This document shows, one piece after another, positions 7,248-11,799 of a DNA stretch of 11,799 nt. The stretch's first letter is position 1, and every line of letters starts with the position of its first letter. The position numbers and the translations under genes were made by a program. The notes below the pieces were generated by a model, which worked only from the letters and a program-made list of their open reading frames with translations, made no database searches and was not told where the DNA came from. Source of the stretch: Campylobacterota bacterium. GTDB taxonomy: Bacteria; Campylobacterota; Campylobacteria; Campylobacterales; Sulfurimonadaceae. Location: assembly GCA_034717975.1 (NCBI GenBank), contig JAYEMF010000095.1:1-11799 (forward strand). The letters are read 5' to 3'.

Positions 7248-7280
7248 CGCCCTGAAATTTTAGGCGAATTATAGCCAAAT
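7248..7280 (-). promoter_or_regulatory. Putative valS promoter (-10 TATAAT) and short leader
   Basis: Minus strand TTTGGC-TATAAT (7273-7268) lies 26 nt before the ATG in the divergent valS/helicase intergenic region. Confidence 0.5.
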
Positions 7281-7363
7281 AGCAGTAAAATCCGGCTAAA
7301 TAAATACGTGTCAAAGCATAGAGGCTATTTAACGCGTTACGAACTGTATAGGATAAAAACCCG

Positions 7364-9439
7364 GTGCCACTTTCCCGTCTAAATGAAGATCAATATAAAG
7401 CAGCTACAGCACCCTTTGGGCATGCCCTTATTATTGCTTCTGCCGGTACAGGAAAAACCTCGACTATTGTAGGGCGTATTGGCCATCTGATCAGTGAAGG
7501 GGTGAAACCCGAAGAGATACTGCTTCTGACCTTTACCAACAAAGCTGCCCAGGAGATGGTGGAGCGAGTTGCCCAGTTCTTTGGCAAGGAGGTCGCTTCG
7601 AAGATCGATGCCGGTACTTTTCATGCCGTGAGTTACCGCTGGCTGAAGAAAAAAGATGGAAAAGTTGTTCTTAAACAGCCCCGCGAATTGAAGACACTCT
7701 TTCGAAGTGTCTACGAAAAACGCTCTTTTCATCATTTAGAGGGTGAGAGCGAACCTTATGGGGCGAACTACCTCTATGATCTCTACTCTTTCTATCAGAA
7801 TACAGAGATGCTTAACTCATTCGATGAATGGATAAAAGAGAAGCAGGCTGGTCACAGTATCTATAGTATGATCTATGCCGATGTTGTTGATGAGTTTGAG
7901 GCATTGAAGGTGCAGTACGGATTTGTCAACTTTAATGACCTGTTGCTTCAGATGCGAGATCTGGCTAAAGAGAGTGATCTGGGTTATAAAGAGGTGCTGG
8001 TCGATGAGTATCAGGATACCAATGCCCTGCAGGGTACGCTTATTGATGCGATGCAGCCGCCTTCACTCTTTTGTGTCGGTGATTATGATCAAAGTATTTA
8101 TGCCTTTAACGGGGCAGATATATCTATCATTGGATCGTTTGGTGAAAAATACAGTGATGCGACAATCCATACCCTCAGTAAGAATTACCGTTCCACCATT
8201 CCGATCCTCTCTATGGCCAATAAGGTCATTGCCCATAATGAACGTATCTACCCTAAAAAACTTGAGGTAACACGTGATCATGAAGCCGTGCCGCCAAAAC
8301 TGCTGGTATATGATGAGCTTTTTGATCAGTATCATGCCATTGCCCACCTTATCAGTCAGTCAAGAACAGAACATGATGAGATCGCTGTCATCTTCAGAAA
8401 CAACTCATCGGCTGATGGTATCGAAGCGACACTACGTGAGTTGAATATCCCTTGTAGAAGACGCGGAGGGGTCAGTTTCTTTGATGCCAAAGAGGTCAAA
8501 GCAGTGCTTGATATCTATACATTGATAGTCAATGAAAATGATATGATGGCATTTATCCATCTGTTTGAGTATGCCAAAGGGGTAGGGAGTGCCATCTCCA
8601 AAGAGCTTTTTATCGCACTGCAAAAATTAGGTAATGGTTCACTCTTTAAAGGCTTCTATCATCCTGACGGCAATATTATCAACCCCTTTGAGAAACGGCA
8701 ACAGAACTATCAGCTCGGCCTTTTTGACGATTTTCTGGAGCTTGGCAGTATTGGCCGTTTTGCCAAAATGGGATTTGAATCAAAGTTTTTAAAAAACAGT
8801 GTATTAAAACATCCAAAACTGACTAAAGATGGCGCAAAGTACCTTTATGACTTCTATCTGCTTTATAAGGGCCTGAAACAGGTCAAACAGCCTAAAACGG
8901 TTATTCAAAAGATAGCAGGATCTGCTTTTTATCAAAATATAATCGAACAACTCGCTACCAAACGGGCCCAGCAGCAAGATGGCAAGATCGATGAAAAACT
9001 AAAGATTGAATCTTTGCAGCGCATCCGACGAAAATCAAGCGTCCTTTATGAACTTGCCAAGCCTTACAGCGATCATGAACGTTTTCTAAATGCTATGGTA
9101 TTAGGATCACAGGACTTGACACAAGGGGAGGGCGTTCATCTGTTAAGTATTCATGCTTCCAAAGGCCTTGAATACAAAGAGGTCTATGTCGTTGATCTGA
9201 TGGATGGCCGTTTTCCAAATCGAAAACTGATGAGTCGTGGGGGAAGCCTGGATGAAGAACGGCGGCTCTTTTATGTAGCTGTTACCCGGGCAAAAGATCG
9301 ACTTTTCCTGAGCTTTGCACGCTATGACAAGATCAAAAAAACAAACTTTGTACCTTCACAGTTTCTTTATGAAGCAGGGTTGATGCAAAAAGATGAGATA
9401 TATACAGGTTTGGTGGAAAAAGAGAATAAAGAAGAGTAG
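7364..9439 (+). CDS. ATP-dependent DNA helicase, UvrD/Rep/PcrA (SF1A) family
   Basis: 691 aa, GTG start. Motifs ASAGTGKT, LTFTNKAAQEM, GTFH, VDEYQD, VGDYDQSIYAF, NYRS, SIHASKGLE and EERRLFYVAVTRAK. Confidence 0.96.
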   Translation: MPLSRLNEDQYKAATAPFGHALIIASAGTGKTSTIVGRIGHLISEGVKPEEILLLTFTNKAAQEMVERVAQFFGKEVASKIDAGTFHAVSYRWLKKKDGKVVLKQPRELKTLFRSVYEKRSFHHLEGESEPYGANYLYDLYSFYQNTEMLNSFDEWIKEKQAGHSIYSMIYADVVDEFEALKVQYGFVNFNDLLLQMRDLAKESDLGYKEVLVDEYQDTNALQGTLIDAMQPPSLFCVGDYDQSIYAFNGADISIIGSFGEKYSDATIHTLSKNYRSTIPILSMANKVIAHNERIYPKKLEVTRDHEAVPPKLLVYDELFDQYHAIAHLISQSRTEHDEIAVIFRNNSSADGIEATLRELNIPCRRRGGVSFFDAKEVKAVLDIYTLIVNENDMMAFIHLFEYAKGVGSAISKELFIALQKLGNGSLFKGFYHPDGNIINPFEKRQQNYQLGLFDDFLELGSIGRFAKMGFESKFLKNSVLKHPKLTKDGAKYLYDFYLLYKGLKQVKQPKTVIQKIAGSAFYQNIIEQLATKRAQQQDGKIDEKLKIESLQRIRRKSSVLYELAKPYSDHERFLNAMVLGSQDLTQGEGVHLLSIHASKGLEYKEVYVVDLMDGRFPNRKLMSRGGSLDEERRLFYVAVTRAKDRLFLSFARYDKIKKTNFVPSQFLYEAGLMQKDEIYTGLVEKENKEE

Positions 9440-9444
9440 GAGAG

Positions 9445-9474
9445 AGAAGAAGGAGTGACCTTCTTCTTGTATTT
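9445..9474. terminator. Probable (bidirectional) intrinsic terminator between convergent helicase and gspF-like genes
   Basis: AGAAGAAGG 9445-9453 / CCTTCTTCT 9459-9467 form a perfect 9-bp stem with a 5-nt loop, followed by TGTATTT. Confidence 0.6.
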
Positions 9475-10720
9475 AAGTACGACCTTGAACGGCGTTCCCC
9501 ATATCCCACATTGGCAAGAAAATACCAAGTGCAAGCAAGATGACCATCCCTGCGATAAAGAAGAGCATGATCGGCTCAACGGCTTCAGAAAGGCCATCAA
9601 TAATCGCATCAAAGCGCATTTTATAGTAATCGGCGACCTTGTCAAGCATGGCATCAAGCTGACCACTTGACTCACCGGCAGCGATCATTTGAATAATCAT
9701 ATTTTCAAAAAGACCTGTATCTTTAAGACCGTTATTCAAGGTGTCACCCTTTTCGACAGCACCGCGTACAGTTGAAAGTTTCTCTTTCAACGGGAGATTG
9801 TCGATCATTTCAATAGAGGTATCAAGGGCTTCAGCAATAGGAATACCGGCACGGACCAGTTCAGAAAAAACCAGGGTGAAACGGCTTAGTGTCGAGTACA
9901 TGATGATACCTTTGATGAGATATGTACGGTTTAGCCACTGGTGCCATCGGTATCGGAATTCCCTGGAGTTGTTGATAAAATATTTGAATACCATAATAAA
10001 TAGGATCAAACCGCCAAGAACATACAATCCGTAGTTGTTAAAGAGATGTTCCAGGAAGAGTAGGATACGAGTTGGCAGTGGTAGTGTTGCACCCAGTTCT
10101 TCAAAAATCTGTTTAAATTGTGGTACAACGTAAGAGATCAAAATGGTAAAGGCTACGGCCATGGCAATCATAACGTTTCGTGGATAAGCCATTGCCTTTT
10201 TAAATTTGATCACATTGCGGCGGATCTCTTCAAGCATATCAGCCAATGAATACATTGATTCAGCCATGTTACCGGTTTTTTCACCAAGTGCAACCATAGC
10301 AAGAGTAAGATTACCCAGTTCAAAACGAAAATTCCCCATTGACTGAGAAAGGCTTAACCCTGAGTTGATATCATCACCAACCTGGTTAAATACACGTTCG
10401 AGTGTAGGATCGTCACTGGCATCTGCAATCTCTTTAAAAGAGTCATGAACGGAGATACCTGCATTGGTCATAACAGCCAGTTGACGTATCGCTGCAATAA
10501 GACGGTCCGGATTGATCTTCTTCTTCTGAACATTTTTAAAAACAGTCTCTTTGAGCTGTTTTATTTGATCTTCAAGAGGCGGTTTTCCTTCTGCAACTTT
10601 CAGAACAATACCAGTGTATTTGATCTTGGCAAGATAGTGAGCCTCTTTTTTGCTCTCTGCATAAAGACCGTGAGCAACTTTTTTACCTTTTGACAGAACT
10701 GTCGCGTTAAAATACTTCAT
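9473..10720 (-). CDS. Type II secretion/type IV pilus inner-membrane platform protein, GspF/PilC family (CtsF-like)
   Basis: 415 aa. Motifs RQLAVMTNAGI, GEKTGNM, KKAMAYP, VVPQFKQIF..LPLPTRIL, AGESSGQLDAML and EPIM...IFLPMW. ATGA overlap with the upstream ATPase. Confidence 0.93.
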   Translation of the reverse strand: MKYFNATVLSKGKKVAHGLYAESKKEAHYLAKIKYTGIVLKVAEGKPPLEDQIKQLKETVFKNVQKKKINPDRLIAAIRQLAVMTNAGISVHDSFKEIADASDDPTLERVFNQVGDDINSGLSLSQSMGNFRFELGNLTLAMVALGEKTGNMAESMYSLADMLEEIRRNVIKFKKAMAYPRNVMIAMAVAFTILISYVVPQFKQIFEELGATLPLPTRILLFLEHLFNNYGLYVLGGLILFIMVFKYFINNSREFRYRWHQWLNRTYLIKGIIMYSTLSRFTLVFSELVRAGIPIAEALDTSIEMIDNLPLKEKLSTVRGAVEKGDTLNNGLKDTGLFENMIIQMIAAGESSGQLDAMLDKVADYYKMRFDAIIDGLSEAVEPIMLFFIAGMVILLALGIFLPMWDMGNAVQGRT

Positions 10721-11799
10721 CCTTTTGCCACCCTTAATATTTCTTCAATTGTTGTTTTTCCATCCAGTGCTTTTTGCATACCATTAACAAACATAGGAAC
10801 AAAACCCTCCTTATTAGCCTGATCAAGGATCTCCTCTTTTGAACCGGCACGTGCAATGATACTTGATATCTCTTCTGATATCGGCAAGACTTCACTGATC
10901 ATTTCACGCCCCATATAACCGGTACCATTACACTCCCGGCATCCGACTCCTTCATAAAAGATGGTTCCTTCAGGAATATAATGACTATATTCCTCTATTA
11001 ATGATGCAGGGATTTTTGCAGTTGTTTTACAGTGATCACATATTTTACGGATCAGCCGTTGTGCCTGTATTGCTACCAAGGCGCCACTTATGAGGTAATG
11101 TTCAATTCCCATGTCTGACATCCTTGGAATGGCACTGACAGCATCATTGGTGTGTAGAGTAGAAATTACCAAGTGACCGGTCAGGGCTGCTTTGATCGCG
11201 ATTTCAAGCGTCTCGTGGTCACGGATCTCACCAATCATGATCTTATCGGGATCCTGGCGTAAGATAGAACGCAAAGCTGCTGCGAATGAAAGACCTACTT
11301 TCGCATTTACCTGAACCTGCTGAATCAGGTTCATACGATACTCGACAGGATCTTCAACCGTAATAACCTTCTCTTCTACACTACGCAGTTCATTCAGTGC
11401 ACCGTAAAGGGTGGTTGTCTTACCACTACCTGTCGGCCCGGTAACAAGAAGAATGCCAAATGGAGAGTGAAGGGCAGTGATCAGCTTGGCATAACCATCT
11501 GGATCCATACCTGCATCTTCAAGTTTAACCAGCGCTTTTGATTTGTCCAAGACACGCATAACAATAGATTCACCATACATAATAGGCAGAGTTGAGAGAC
11601 GAAAATCGAACTCCTGCTCACTTACTCTGGCAGAGAAACGTCCATCTTGCGGTTTTCGACGTTCTGCAATGTCAAGGTTGGCCAAAAGTTTAATTCTTGA
11701 TACCAGTGGCGGATAGATGTCTTTGTCAAAGATAAAGACTTCTGCCAGTTTCCCATCGATACGGGCACGAACAACACAGTTCTTTTCCGTTGGCTCGAT
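10717..11799 (-). CDS. GspE/PilB family secretion ATPase (CtsE-like), 5'-truncated by window edge
   Basis: The frame is open to the window end (IEPTEKNCVVRARIDG...SRIKLLANLDIAERRKPQDGRF). Walker A GPTGSGKTTT, TVEDPVE, LRQDPDKIMIGEIRD, His box TGHLVISTLHTN and Zn-binding CxxC...CxxC. Confidence 0.95.
   Translation of the reverse strand: MEPTEKNCVVRARIDGKLAEVFIFDKDIYPPLVSRIKLLANLDIAERRKPQDGRFSARVSEQEFDFRLSTLPIMYGESIVMRVLDKSKALVKLEDAGMDPDGYAKLITALHSPFGILLVTGPTGSGKTTTLYGALNELRSVEEKVITVEDPVEYRMNLIQQVQVNAKVGLSFAAALRSILRQDPDKIMIGEIRDHETLEIAIKAALTGHLVISTLHTNDAVSAIPRMSDMGIEHYLISGALVAIQAQRLIRKICDHCKTTAKIPASLIEEYSHYIPEGTIFYEGVGCRECNGTGYMGREMISEVLPISEEISSIIARAGSKEEILDQANKEGFVPMFVNGMQKALDGKTTIEEILRVAKG

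Noticed and set aside
7379..10693. Small overlapping ORFs within the helicase and gspF-like genes (also 391-597 and 2634-2915)
   Set aside because: Largely or entirely nested in well-supported CDSs, with no independent evidence.
9473..11799. Functional link between competence-like ctsE/ctsF genes and integron cassette uptake
   Set aside because: Separated from the integron by ~6 kb of housekeeping genes. Proximity alone is not evidence.

Overview
Bacterial chromosomal window, most likely from a free-living Campylobacterota (Sulfurimonas/Sulfurovum-like). That assignment is inferred from protein style, valS/helicase and ctsE/ctsF-like gene order, and TATAAT-only promoters. The left ~3 kb is an apparently complete, AT-rich integron: intI (2100-3065, +), a divergent attI (1848-1866, -) and one unusually large first cassette (~126-1853, -). 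The cassette carries four ORFs: an NDT/TIR-like nucleotide-hydrolase-fold protein translationally coupled to a secreted Sel1-repeat protein, then a self-promoted antitoxin-RelE pair flanked by a 10-bp direct repeat. It ends in a ~133-bp attC whose R' end is non-canonical and overlaps a GC-rich tandem-hairpin element (21-128) that may extend beyond the window. The rest is core genome: SulP transporter, valS, a UvrD/Rep helicase and GspF/GspE (CtsF/CtsE-like) genes. The best candidate for a new system is the four-gene cassette (possible anti-phage module). That function is an inference, not shown by the sequence.
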